This document shows, one piece after another, positions 52,554 through 64,000 of a DNA stretch of 64,000 nt. The DNA comes from an uncultured Chloroflexia bacterium (lineage in GTDB: Bacteria; Chloroflexota; UBA6077; JACCZL01), in the NCBI GenBank assembly GCA_963765765.1, contig CAVXYC010000015.1, positions 512,001 to 576,000 of the forward strand, in the 5' to 3' direction. The stretch's first letter is position 1; every line of letters begins with the position of its first letter. The notes beneath the pieces are model-generated. The model was not told where the DNA came from and did no database searches. It saw only the letters and a list, made by a program, of their open reading frames with translations. The position numbers and the translations under genes are program-made.

Positions 52554-53418
52554 ATGCCCAAGGCTCTTCTTAAGAGTGGTTTGAAGCTGCACTACCAGAT
52601 CACTGGCCAGGGGCCGGATCTGGTGTTGATCCACGGTCTGACGGGCAATCTCGCCATCTGGCACCTGAAGATCATTCCGATGCTCTGGGATCATTTTCGT
52701 GTCCTGAGCTACGATCTGAGGGGCCATGGCTACAGCGATATGCCACCCACCGGCTACACCGCCGGGGACATGGCTACCGACCTCGGCCAGCTCCTGGACG
52801 AACTGGGGATCGAACGGCCCTTCCTCGTCGGACATAGCTTCGGCGCGGATACGGCCCTTTACTTCGCGTTCCGCCACCCGGAACGGGTGAGGCGGGTCAT
52901 CGCGGTCGAAGCGGCGCTTCCCGCGCTAATCAGCCTCCGCAGCCGCGAGGAGTGGGAAGGCTGGGACTTCTGGTGCCGGGTGCTGAAGGAATCCGGCCAC
53001 ACGGTCCCGCCCGAGCGGCGGTGCGATATGGATTATCTCTTACGCACGAGCCTGCAAATGACGAAAAAATGGGGGCCGCTGAACGGTCTTCCGCGCAATC
53101 CGGAGCCATATCTGCGACTGCTCGACACGACCACGATCTCGCGAGATTACGATGTGGTCGGCGAGCTCACCCTCGAAAACATCGGCCGTATCCAACCACC
53201 GGTGGAGCTGATCTACGGTGACGGTTCGGCCTTTCTTGGCAGTTACGATTATCTGGGCGAACACCTGCCCAATGTTACCTCCATCCTCCTTCCCAAGTCG
53301 GATTTAGGGCACTTCGGGCCGTTGGAGCACCCTGAGATGGTGGCCGAGCATATCCTCACGGCCTTCGAAGGACTCGGAGACCGATCTCCGATGCAATGTC
53401 GCGACCAGAACGCGATGA
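52554..53418 (+). CDS. Alpha/beta hydrolase
   Basis: IHGLTG, YDLRGHG, GHSFG, GHFGPLEHP; 3' end inferred from an ATGA overlap. Confidence 0.85.
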
Positions 53419-54312
53419 AAACCGTGATCGAGAGCGGCGGGGCGCGGCCCGGGGACGCCGTCCTGATCACCGGTTGCTCGACCGGGCTGGGGCTCGAGAC
53501 GGCGCTGTATCTGGCCGGACGCGGGCTTACGAGTCTACGCGACGTATGCGAGACTTGAGCAAGCAGTCTCGACGGTGCTGGAGGCGGCGGAGCGGCGACG
53601 GGTCAGCCTGGAGGTGCTTGGACATCGACGTGACCGACCCGGCCAGCATCGACGCCGCGGTCGGCTCGATCGTGGCCGATTCGGTGCCATGTTCGGGCTC
53701 GTGAACAATGCCGGAATCGGACTGCGCGGCTGTCGTCGAGGACCTGACACTCGACGAGATCAGGGGGGTCTTCGAGGCGAACGTGCTCGGCACCTATGCG
53801 GTGACCCAGCGGGTACTCCCGCACATGCGCGAAGCCGGGCGGGGGCGGGTCATCACCATCTCCTCGGTCGCCGGCAAGATCGCCTCGTTCGGCTTGTCCG
53901 CGTATTGCGCTACGCAAGTTCGCCCAGGAGGGCTTCGCCGAGGCGCTCGCACTGGAGATCGAGCCTTTTGGCCTGAAATCCATCCTGGTGGAGCCGGGCA
54001 TCATCAAGACTTCTCGGTGGTTTGAACATCGCGGCACGGCCAAGCACGCGCTCAGCCCTACGAGCCCCTACGCCGGCATGTTCAATCGCCACGAGGAGAT
54101 CGCGGACGAGACTCGTGGAGCGGTCGAGGACGCGGCCGGCGGATGTGGCCAAGGCGGTCCACCGGGCGCTCACAGTGGACCGGCCACGCCTGCGCTACAT
54201 CGTCGGCCGGCCGGCATCCGCCGCGGTTAATTTTCGACGTCACGCGCCCGCCGCCCTCTTTGAGCGGCTGTATTTCGGGACACTGCTCCGCCGTCTCGCC
54301 CAGGAAGGGTGA
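53415..54312 (+). CDS. SDR oxidoreductase 1 (multiple frameshifts)
   Basis: ITGCSTGLG, VNNAG, ISSVAG, YCAT(K), EPG. Confidence 0.8.
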
Positions 54313-54442
54313 CTTCAGTGACAGTGCGCTCTGGTCACTCGCTTGCAGCCGTACGCCAGCTTCCGGGGGTTGATTAGCCTTCCTTGGCTAGGGACAGCGG
54401 ATGTTCCACTGATAGAGTTAGCCCGGTCACCTGGCATAGCCG

Positions 54443-55351
54443 GTGTCGGTGAACCGACATGAGGGCAGTGGGGCGCGCCCCGGGGACGCCGTCCTGATCA
54501 CGGGCTGCTCGACCGGGCTGGGGATGGAGACGGCGCTGTGTCTGGCCGAGCGTGGCCTACGAGTCTACGCGAGCATGCGTGACCTCGACCGGAAGGATGC
54601 ACTTCTGGAGGCGGCAGAACGGCGTCGGGTCAGCCTGGAGGTGCTTCAGCTCGACGTGACCGACCCGGCCAGCATCGAGGCCGCGATCGCCACCGCCGCG
54701 GCGGACAGCCTCTACGGCCTGGTCAACAACGCCGGCATCGGCCTGCGCGGCTGTCTGGAGGATCTGGCGCTCGACGAGATCCGCCGGGTCTTCGAGGTCA
54801 ACGTGCTCGGCGCGATGGCCGTCACCCAGCAGGTGCTGCCCCACCTGCGCACCGCCGGCCGCGGGCGCGTGGTGACCATCTCCTCAGTCGCCGGCAAGAT
54901 CGCCTCCTCGGTGCCTCCGCGTACTGCGCGAGCAAGTTCGCGCTGGAGGGCTTCGGCGAGGCGCTCGCCCTGGAGATCGCGCCGTTCGGGCTGAAATCTA
55001 TCCTGATCGAGCCCGGCATCGTCAAGACACCGCTCTTCACAACGAACCGCGGCATCGCACAGAATGCTCTGAACTCTGTTAGCCCCTACAGCAAGATGTT
55101 CCAACGGTATGAGATGCTCTCGAACGATATGGTGGAGCGGTCGAAGACGCGACCGGCGGATGTGGCGGAGGCAGTCCACCGGGCGCTCACAGTGGACCGG
55201 CCGGCGCCTGCGCTACCTCGTCGGCCGGACCGCCTCCGTCGGTGTATCCCTGCGGCGGTACTTGCCCGGTGAGACTTTCGAGCGGCTCTACTTCGGGTCC
55301 CTGCTCCGCCGCCTCACTCGCGGAAGGCAGCAGCATCGTGTCACGACCTGA
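54443..55351 (+). CDS. SDR oxidoreductase 2, paralog of SDR 1 (frameshifts)
   Basis: ITGCSTGLG, LDVTD, VNNAG, YCASK; long nucleotide stretches shared with SDR 1. Confidence 0.82.
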
Positions 55352-55501
55352 GCTCAACCTGCCGGCGAGACAGGGATGAGCCGCGTCGCGAGGGAGCAGG
55401 ATCCAGGCTCCGGCGAGTAGCCGCGATCGATAAGCGAGCACGGCCAGCGGCCGATCAAGCTAGCTGACACAACGCGAATCCCGAAAGGAAAGAGGACTGG
55501 A

Positions 55502-56815
55502 GTGGCTCGATTCCTACTCACCATCTGGCCGTATGTGGGGCACGTGTACCCGTTCCTCAGTGTCGCCGAGGCATTGCGGTCGCGCGGCCACGAAGTTGCG
55601 TTCTACACCGGCGAGCGCGCCCGGTCCCTGCTCAAGCACGAGGGCTTTGGTCTCTTCCCATTGCGAAACGTTGACGAGAACAGAATCTGGGATCTCGTCA
55701 TCGAGATGGAGCGTGGCTCACCGGTCGATCGGCAGTCGCTCCGGCTGAAGCAACGAATATTCCGTGAGCTTCTGGTTGAGACTATTCCCGATCAAGTCAC
55801 CGATCTCCAATCGATCATCGCCGATTGGAGCCCCGACGTTGTGGTAACCGAAACAATGGTGTGGGGTCCCACAGTCGTGCTCAGAGAGACGCTCGGACTC
55901 CGCGTCGCACTGCTCTCGACCTTGATGGGCTGCCAGATTCCTGGCCCGGATGCGCCACCGCCGGGACTTGGACTGCCGCCACCTCGCACGCTGAAGACGC
56001 GACTGACCGCTCGAGCGGCCACGTTCGTGACCGACCTCGTGGCCGCCGGTCTGCGGCGACGCGTTGATCAGATTCGTGCCGGTTACGGCCTGCCGGCCCT
56101 TGGCTGCTCGGTGAATGCCTCCACCGCCCGGCTGCCACTCTGCATCATCCCGAGCCTGCCGGAGCTCGACTACAACCGCGGGGACCTTCCACACACGGTC
56201 CATTATGTTGGGCCCTGCGTCCGGAACAAGCCGTCCGAGGAACCCTCGCCTACCTGGTTGGACGAGTTGCCTGGGGACCGCCCCATCGTCCACGTGACGG
56301 AGGGCACGGCACATTACCAGGATCCGTTCGTCCTTCGTGCGGCCGCTCGCGGACTCGCGAACCTTCCCATCGAGGCGATCCTCACCACTGGACCACAACG
56401 GGACCCGGCCGAGCTTGGACTCGGGCAGTAGTCCTCCAACGTGCGACTCCAGCGCTGGGTGAGTCACGCTGACTTGCTGCCTCGTTGTGCCGTGCTGGTG
56501 ACCACTGGCGGCGCCGGGACCGTCATGGCCTCACTGCAGGCCGGCGTGCCGATGGTGGTCGTGCCTACCCACTGGGACAAAGTGGACAACGCCCAACGCA
56601 TCGTCGAGTCCGGCGCAGGTCTCCGTGTGGCACCTCATCAATGCACGCCAGATCGTCTCCGCGCCGCGGTCAATCGAGTGCTTGCGGAGCCAAGCTTCCG
56701 AGACAACGCTCGGCGACTCGCCCGCCGCCTAACAGAAACACCGGGTCCGCCCCGGGCGGCGGAACTCCTCGAAATACTGGCATCGGATGTGCCCATGCAT
56801 GTCCCTGTGGTATAA
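55502..56815 (+). CDS. GT1 (MGT/UDPGT-like) glycosyltransferase with an in-frame TAG at 56429-56431
   Basis: WPYVGHVYP, HYVGP, VTEGT; same frame continues WVSHADLL..TGGAGT..GVPMVVVP..WDK..NA. Confidence 0.82.
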
Positions 56816-56885
56816 GGATGGGCTGCAATGCTCGGATGGTTCGTTTTATTTCGCGGCGAAAACTTTCAAGATAATCGGAGAAGCA

Positions 56886-59398
56886 ATGAGACATCGTGTT
56901 AGGGCGTGGACGCTTGCGGCGATCGTGCCATTGGTTGCACTGCTACTGTTCCAGGCAGCGCCTGGCCAGGCAGTCAACATCTTCGGACCATTCACGAAGA
57001 TCAATGAGACGGGTTTTGGCGACCCAGCGAATGACTTTGCTTGGTCGATGGCATGGTTCAAGGGCAAACTGTATGTCGGGGTCAGTCGCAACCAACTCTG
57101 CCAGGAGCGAGCGACGTACGAGTTTTACTACCCAGGGACCGGGCAGTATATTACCTCTCCCATGCCGGGCGTCACGTGCCCAGCTGATATGTATGACATG
57201 GATCTTGGAGCCGAGATCTGGCGCTACGACCCCGCGACCAGCGCCTGGACGCGAGTGTATCAATCGCCTAAAGACCTCGACAATCCGAAAGCCCCCGGGA
57301 AGAAGCTGCCGCGCGACTCCGGCTTCCGGGGAATGGGAGTGCTCAACGATACGCTCTACGTGGGCGGTATCACCACCAGGGAATGGATCAACGGGACGGT
57401 CACGACAGCCTCGCCCCCCAATCTGCTTCCGGGGCCGCGTCTGCTGAAGTCCACGGACGGCACCAACTTCGAGCCTATCGAGTTCAACGGCACCGTGCAG
57501 AACAACTGGAACCAATATGGCGTGTTCACCGAATATCCGATGGGCTTTCGCGTGGTGCTTCCTCACCAGGGACGGCTGTTCCTCACGACCAGCCTCAGCC
57601 TAACTGGCGATGGACCGATCGTGGAGTTTAACCCTTCAACGAACACCTTCACACAGGTCAGTCCCCCGAACCTCAGGCCCTTTGAGCTGGAGAGCTTCAA
57701 CAATCAGCTCTACGCGGGAACGGGCGACGACAAGACCGGCTATGGGGTGTGGAGATCGAATGCGGTCGCGACCGGTAGCTCGGGATACTTCTCCTTCACG
57801 CCTATTCTGACCGGCGGTGCGGCCGAGGCGCGAATATCACTTCGGTAGTCAGTATGCAACCCCACCAGGGTCGGCTCTACGTGGGCAGCAGTGGCTGGTA
57901 CAATAATTCACTCTTCCCAGCTTCTGAGCTCATTCGCGTGAACCCAAATGACACCTGGGACGTTGTCGTCGGCAACTGTCGCATCGTCGGGATCACCGGC
58001 AAGTGTCCGATCAGTGGGATGTCCGACGGCTACGGCAACATCTTCAATGCCCACTTCTGGCGGCAGCAGAGCCATGGGCCGACGCCCAGCACGGCCGCAC
58101 TCTATGTCGGCACCAACGATATCAGCTACCTCTACAACCTCGGCCTCAACCTCTTCGCATCCGAGAATGGATTCGATATGTACTCGAGTCTGGATGGCAG
58201 GTATTGGTTTCAGGAAACGCGGACGGGGTTTGGGCGCCCGAACAACTTCGGTGCCCGGACATTCGCCTCCGCGAGTACTGGAGCCGGACCCGCAGCCTCT
58301 TCGTGGGGAGCGCCAACCATGCGACCGCGACGGAGGTCTTCCGTGGTGCGACTGTTGCGTGTGCCACGGCGAGCGACAGCGCGCCTGGGCCGGACAAGCC
58401 GAAGAAGCCGAGGGAGAGCCTCCTCGACCTAGCCAGCCCGCTGCTAGGTGCACAGGCCTGGTTAGCTACTCAGACCGGGGACTCGCCGGTAGCGAATGCC
58501 GCCCCTGAAGCCGGGCCCACTGGGCTCCAGCGGGATCGGTCTGCTCTCCAGGGGCCAACCGAGCTGGAGGCCCGAGGTGCAGGGAGGGGTGCCAATCTTG
58601 TCCTGGATTCCCGCACCGGGGGCGACTCGGTACGAGATCTTCCGCGCTACCTACCATCGCGCCAAAGACGCCAATGTCCGTCGGGCTCAGAACGCGCCGG
58701 TACCACCTGAGAATGCTCGCCGACTAGGCGTGCCTGAGCTACCGTACAGCACGCCACCGGACGATGCCTGGATTGCCGGAGATTACAATCAGATCGGGAC
58801 CACCACGGAGACGTTCTTCCAGGATCGCAGCGCAAAGGACGACATCCAGTACGCCTACTACGTGCAGTCCGCGGGTCGGGGTGGAGACGACTCCGCCTCG
58901 TCCAATATGGTGATCGTGCCGTCCCTGGCCCCAGTGACCACTTTTGATCTGGTCGAATCGAAGATCAAAGATCTGGCTGACCACGGACAGATCAAGGATG
59001 GGGCCGTCGACGCGCACCGCAAGCTCCTGAGCGAGGGCAAGTCGGCCGCCGCGGCGGGCGATCTGCCCGGCGCGCGCGGGAAGTTGGAGGCCCTTAATCG
59101 CCAGGTAAATCAGAATCCGGGTAATGCGCTGGATACTCTGGCCGCTGAAGACCTGGATCTCGCGGTGTCGAGCTTGACTCGGCGGGTCAGGCTGGCTGAA
59201 GCTGGTGTCCTTACCCTCGAAGGGGTTCCGCAGGGGCAGCCGACTCTGACCCCAACGGCAACATCGACGTCCACTAGTCTTACCCCGACTTCAACGTCGA
59301 CGACCCCTACCCCGACTTCAACGTCGACGACCCCTACGCCGGCGCCACAACAGCCGACAGCAACGGCAACCGGGACACCCCGGGGACCGGGACGCTAG
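56886..59398 (+). CDS. Secreted beta-propeller protein with Fn3-like and helical (FIMAH-like) domains and a Thr/Pro tail (frameshifts)
   Basis: Signal peptide ending GQA, GFGDPAN.FAWSM..FKGKLYVG repeats, LSWIP..ATRYEIFR..YAYYV, TPTSTST tail. Confidence 0.65.
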
Positions 59399-59595
59399 AT
59401 TTGCCACTTGGTCGGCCGGGCTTGAACTAAGAGATCCAGCCCGGCCAACGCGCATCCTCCTGCGTCCGGACCCACCACGTATGCAGGGGCGCCTGATCGA
59501 CTTCCCTATCCAGGGTCTCGGCATCCCACCGGCCTCGCGCCGCTGGGGTGCCCCCGGGCGGCAGATCATCGTCCGTGAGCTACACCGCGGTGGCA

Positions 59596-61064
59596 ATGGA
59601 GGACTCTCTGGCCAGCATGATAGGCGAACGATCGGTACCACGACTCGGCCTGCTCGCGAGGGTGCTGTACGGCGTCGGAGAAATTACCGACTCGGTGAAG
59701 ATGGCGATCTTCGGAATCTTCGTCTTCTTCTTCTACACCACGGTCGTGGGACTCCCCGCTACACTTGTCGGCATCGCTTCCGGCATCGGTCTGGTCTGGG
59801 ATGCTGCTATTGATCCTTTCATCGGGTATTTCTCGGACCGCGTGCGTGTCCGCTTCGGTCGGCGCCATAGCTTCATGCTCGTCGGCGGGTCGACAGTGGG
59901 GCTCTTGTTCTGGGCCCTTTTTAGCCCTCCGCGAGATCTTCCAACCGAGGCGCTCTTCGCGTGGCTGCTGATTTCCAGCTTGCTGGTGCGTCTGGCTAGC
60001 TCGGTTTTCTTCATCCCGTATCGGGCGCTGGGAGCCGAGCTCAGCGGCGGCTATCACGACCGAACCACTCTGACCGGTGTACGCGCTGCCTGTGGTCTGC
60101 TGGGGGCGATGCTTGCCGCCAGTCTGTCATTCAGCCTCTTCTTTCCAAACCGCGTGCCCGGTCAGGATCCCAAGCTGGACTATGCTGGGTATCCCATCAT
60201 GGGGCTGGTGTTCGGGCTGGCGATGTCGCTGGCAGCGCTCGTCGCCACGGCGGCCACACTGCGATGGCGTTCAAACCTGCCGACGTCCGAAAGCACCCTA
60301 ACCGGGAACACACCTGGTTTCGCGTCGGGGACGATCGGCGCACTAAGGCACACCTCATTCCGGGTGTTATTCTTGTCCTTTTCCTTAATATTTCTCGGTC
60401 TTGTGATCACCGATACACTGTTTATTCACTATCTCACCTACTACGTGGAGATCATCGATAGCAGTGCTCTGAGCGGGTTGCAAGCAGTCTTTTACACGGC
60501 GGCGATCCTGGGTGTCCCAGTGTGGCTTCGGATCTCGAGAACGGCCGAGAAGCGAACCCTCTACCTGTTGGCCACCATCGCCACGGCGCTGCTCATACTG
60601 AGCGCTTTCTTGCTCCTGGGCAACGGCCGGCGATTCGGGACCGGCGACGCGCGGCCACTTATGGTCGGTCGAGCCATCGGTGGCTTCTTCGGCAGTCTCT
60701 TCTGGATATTGCCCACGTCGATGCTTGCGGACGTCGCCGACGAGGATACCTTGGCCACGGGCCAGCGCCGCCAAGGCATCTTCTTCGGCCTATTCAGCTT
60801 CGGCCAGCAGTTCGCCACCGGACTATCAGTGCTTATCGTCGGGGTCCTGATGGAGAGGTTTGCCGGGCTTGCGCCCGGGGAGGCTACCCAATCTCCGCGA
60901 CATCTGAGCGAATCGGTTTGCTCTTCAGTGTGCTACCGGCCGGGTTGTTGTTCGTCGGGGCTCTCCTTGTGACACCCTACGCTTTAGATCGTAGGCGAGT
61001 CTCGGCTATTCAGGCTCAGCTCCCACGGCCGGAGAGCACCGCGGCGGCGGCGACCGAAGTCTGA
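59596..61064 (+). CDS. GPH/MelB-family MFS transporter (frameshift near 60895)
   Basis: WDAAIDPFIGYFSDR..FGRR, PYRALGAEL, SMLADVADED..GQRRQGIFFG. Confidence 0.88.
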
Positions 61065-61561
61065 TGACGAGGCGAAGCGGGAGCGATTCACGACCGGACA
61101 ATGCAGGCCCGTGCGTGGAGGTGGCAGCATGGGCGCAGGGATTGTGCTCCTGCACCTGGCGGGCGCCGAAATGGCTCGCCAGCATCCTGGTCGCGTGCGA
61201 ACCAGCGTCTGGCCAGCGCCGCTGATCTTGCCACGTCTCACCAGCGGCCGCAGTCTGCGGCTCGGTTGGGTTGTTTATCGGCAGTTCTTGAGCCGAGTGA
61301 GGACACGACCGCTCTGATGAGCGGCTCCATTCTGACATCGGGTTGTTCCGCGAGCGGGTCATTGGGCGGCCATTGCGGCCATATCAGCTCGATCCGGCCC
61401 GTCGAATGCCGTGTGCCAAATTGGCACGCCGCTTGATGACAACTGGCATTGTGAGCTAAACGTGGCCGGGCCGAAGATCGAGAGGCGTCATGCTAATCCA
61501 CAATCCGCGTGGCGCAGACCGACCGGACGCGTCGGAATATGCTCGATTGAGGACGAATTTG

Positions 61562-62737
61562 ATGCGACATCGCAACGGAATTGCTCTCGCAATCCTGAGT
61601 CTGGGGCTGACGCTTATTGCTGTTATGCTCCTTACTGGCCCGCGAGAGGCGGAGGCCGCAGCGCTGGCCACCTCCTGCGATATCAAGGTGGCGCGCAAGC
61701 TCGCCGACGGCGGAGAGCCGGCCTGGTCCCCGGACGGTCAGCAGCTGGCCTACCACCGCTGGGACGACGACGGCGTCTACCAGCTGCGGATAATGGGCGC
61801 GGATGGCTCCAATGACCGCTGCCTGTCGTGCGCCGCCGCGCCTGGCTCCCCCTCAGGTTGACCGCCATAAGGTGCACCCAACGTGGCACGCCTCTGGCCG
61901 CTTTATGGTGGTGCAGGGTGAGATGGGCGGGAACGTGCTGTCCGGGGACCGCTCGAAGCTGGCCTCGGAGCTGTTCATCAATGGCATGTGGATGAACTTG
62001 TATGCCGTCACCCCCGACGGCCAGCAGTGGCACCGCTTGACTGACTACATCGCCATCGGCGCCAACGGGGCGATGATGCCGTACTTCTCCGCCGATGGCT
62101 CCAAGCTGCTCTGGTCCCGCCTGGTTCGGGCGGCATCCGCATGGGAACCGTGGGGCGCGTATCGTCTCATGCTGGCCGACTTCGTCATTGACAGCAGCGG
62201 CAAGCCGAGCTTGCAGAACATCCGCGGACCTCACCCCATCGTGGGGCGGCAGCTTCTTCGAGTCGCACGGGTTTTCCCCCGATGGGAAAGCAGCCATCTT
62301 CGCCTCCGATCGGGAAGCGCGAGACAAGTGGGGGATGGAGATCTGGACGATGGACCTCGCCAGTAGGGCACTGACGAACCTAACCAAGAGTCACCATTTT
62401 GAGGAGCACGCCAGGTACTCCCCGGACGGGAAGAAGATTGCCTTCATGTCCAGCGCACCTTACGACTGGCTGTTCATCACGTACCAGACTGAGTTGATGC
62501 TAATGAATCCCGATGGCTCGAATAAGCGGATGCTGACGCACTTTAACGTGTCCGGTCTTCCCCGATTCCGCAATCGACGGCGATCGGAATCGCTCGATGC
62601 CCATGAAGCCGGCCTGGAGTGCGGATGGCACGCGGATGGCCCTGACCCGCCAGCTCTCGGACTCGAACTACCCGACCCGCCAGCTCTGGCTGTTGACCTT
62701 CAACGGCCCCTGCGGCACCGATCAAAGCAGCGTATAA
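61562..62737 (+). CDS. Secreted TolB-like (PD40) beta-propeller (frameshifts)
   Basis: Signal peptide; PAWSPDG, FSADG, FSPDG, YSPDG, WSADG repeats; CLSC motif. Confidence 0.8.
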
Positions 62738-62751
62738 GGTATCCTCGGTGG

Positions 62752-63030
62752 ATGGTCCTTCGCATCGTCGGGGCTGGTCTTGTCGGACTCAGCGTCCTCA
62801 TTCTGGCGGCCGACTGGGCAGCACGGGCTCTGGCCCGAGAGCTGCCGGCTCCCGCCGGTGCCTGCAGCATCAAAGAGATGGCCTATCTCACGGAGGGGGG
62901 AGAACAAGATTGGTCGCACGCCAATGATCTGCTCGTGTATGACAGGATGGACGCCGCCGGCGTCTACCAGCTCTACACGATTCAGCCGGATGGCTCCGAG
63001 GAGACGTGCCTCACCTGCGATATACCCGTC
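62752..63030 (+). pseudogene. Truncated paralog of the preceding TolB-like protein
   Basis: CSIK..EGGEQDWS..GVYQLY..PDGSEETCLTC parallels CDIK..DGGEPAWS..GVYQLR..ADGSNDRCLSC, then similarity stops. Confidence 0.65.
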
Positions 63031-63422
63031 GGCTGGCACCGGCTAAATCCGGGCGTAATGGACCGGTTGTTTGCAGCCAACCGAATCGGCTGGGGCCACA
63101 CGGACTCGACTCGCTCGAATGTCTTATCGAAAGCGGGAAGGAGCAATGATTACGCGACGCAGAGGGCCCGGGAGCGCCAGGCCGACAGGCTTGCGGCGTT
63201 TGCCTTGCCCTCATGCCTGAACATTGCGTCTCCTCGGCACAAAAGCGACGACCAGTAGCCCGGCTTCAGACGTCTCGATGCCCCAGGGACCTAGCTTGGC
63301 TGCAGCAACCATGCTTCGGTGAGTCGACGGGAGACCATGCAGGCACATGTGCTTGAGTGAAGCGGGCGCCTGACTTCTTCACCGGAATCCGTCCAACTGA
63401 CAGCAGACCCTCACCGCCACCG

Positions 63423-64000
63423 TCAAAGCCTGGTCGCCACAACGTAGCGCTCGAAGGCCTCAACGGCCTGCCCGACGCCGTCCTCGGCCCGGATCCGTTC
63501 ACCCAGTGTGGCGGCCCGCCGACGCATTTGGTCATCGCCCGTTGCTTCCCGGATCGCCGCTGCCAGCCGTTCCGCAGTCAGCCTCTTGCGAGGGACGGGG
63601 CGCGGTCCGACACCGAGCTCGCTGATTCGCCGCGCCCAGAACAGTTGATCCCCGTAGTAGGGAACGACAACAGCCGGCAGACCCGCACGCAGGCCGACCG
63701 CGGTCGTGCCCGCCCCCCGTGGTGCACCAGGGCTGTCGTCCGCGGAACGAGCCAGCTGAGGGAACCTCGTCAACGGCGAAGACCGACTCGGGCAGCCTAT
63801 CAGACCCGTCCAGGCCACCCCAACCCGTCACCAACACCCCGCGCTGCCCGGCTGAAGCGAGAGCTTCCACTACCAGCCTGGTCGTCCGTGCCGGATCCCG
63901 ATCATTGACACTCCCGAAGCCAACGTAAACCGGCGGCGGGCCGTCCGCCAAGAACTCGGCCAACCCCACCGGGGGCTGCCAGTCGGGCGGATCATCCAGC
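63423..64000 (-). CDS. Sterol-3-beta-glucosyltransferase-like GT1, C-terminal part (runs off the window end)
   Basis: PPVYVGFGS, GWGG, HHGG.GTT, VVPYYGDQLFWA, IRAEDGV. Confidence 0.85.

Noticed and set aside
52554-53558. Hydrolase-SDR fusion in the ORF track
   Set aside because: The SDR start sits in an ATGA stop-start overlap (53415-53418), so one upstream indel explains the read-through.
61413-61437. gtgccaa-a-ttggcac palindrome and sigma54-like TGGCAC-N5-TTGA
   Set aside because: The -12 element lacks the conserved GC, and a single short palindrome is weak evidence.
62095-63258. 387-aa ORF taken as a single protein
   Set aside because: It is a chimera of the frameshifted TolB-like gene, its truncated paralog and unrelated downstream sequence.
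16361-64000. Many frameshifts read as programmed frameshifting or mass pseudogenisation
   Set aside because: They are scattered single-base indels in otherwise intact genes, also seen in core pfk, with no slippery-site pattern. Long-read error is the simpler explanation.

Overview
High-GC bacterial window; gene content suggests Chloroflexota (inference only). Many single-base indels look like long-read consensus errors. 1-13.8 kb is core-like: a phthalate-type Rieske oxygenase and dihydrodiol dehydrogenase, an F420-LLM enzyme, DUF1800/DUF1501, pspA, pfk, a PfpI-family gene, otsA/otsB and tRNA-Asn. A ~7.8-kb island follows, bounded by a 15/16-nt copy of the tRNA 3' end. It carries LysR, TctC and three MmgE/PrpD paralogs (one decayed), and a large serine recombinase remnant reads into its right att site. 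22.6-34.5 kb holds the best candidate for an undescribed system: two large secreted Ser/Thr/Gly/Asn-rich repeat proteins (one built from two ~335-aa Cys-Cys-capped units), a small Cys protein, a TPR protein, an apparent OsmC-signal peptidase I fusion behind 11-bp-period operator repeats, and a TMEM260/DUF2723-type glycosyltransferase. Together these suggest a glycosylated, disulfide-linked fibre or sheath module. 35.8-64 kb is a PfaA/HglE-like iterative PKS pair with ACP, NPP-family, hydrolase, SDR, GT1, MFS and secreted propeller genes, probably making a glycolipid.
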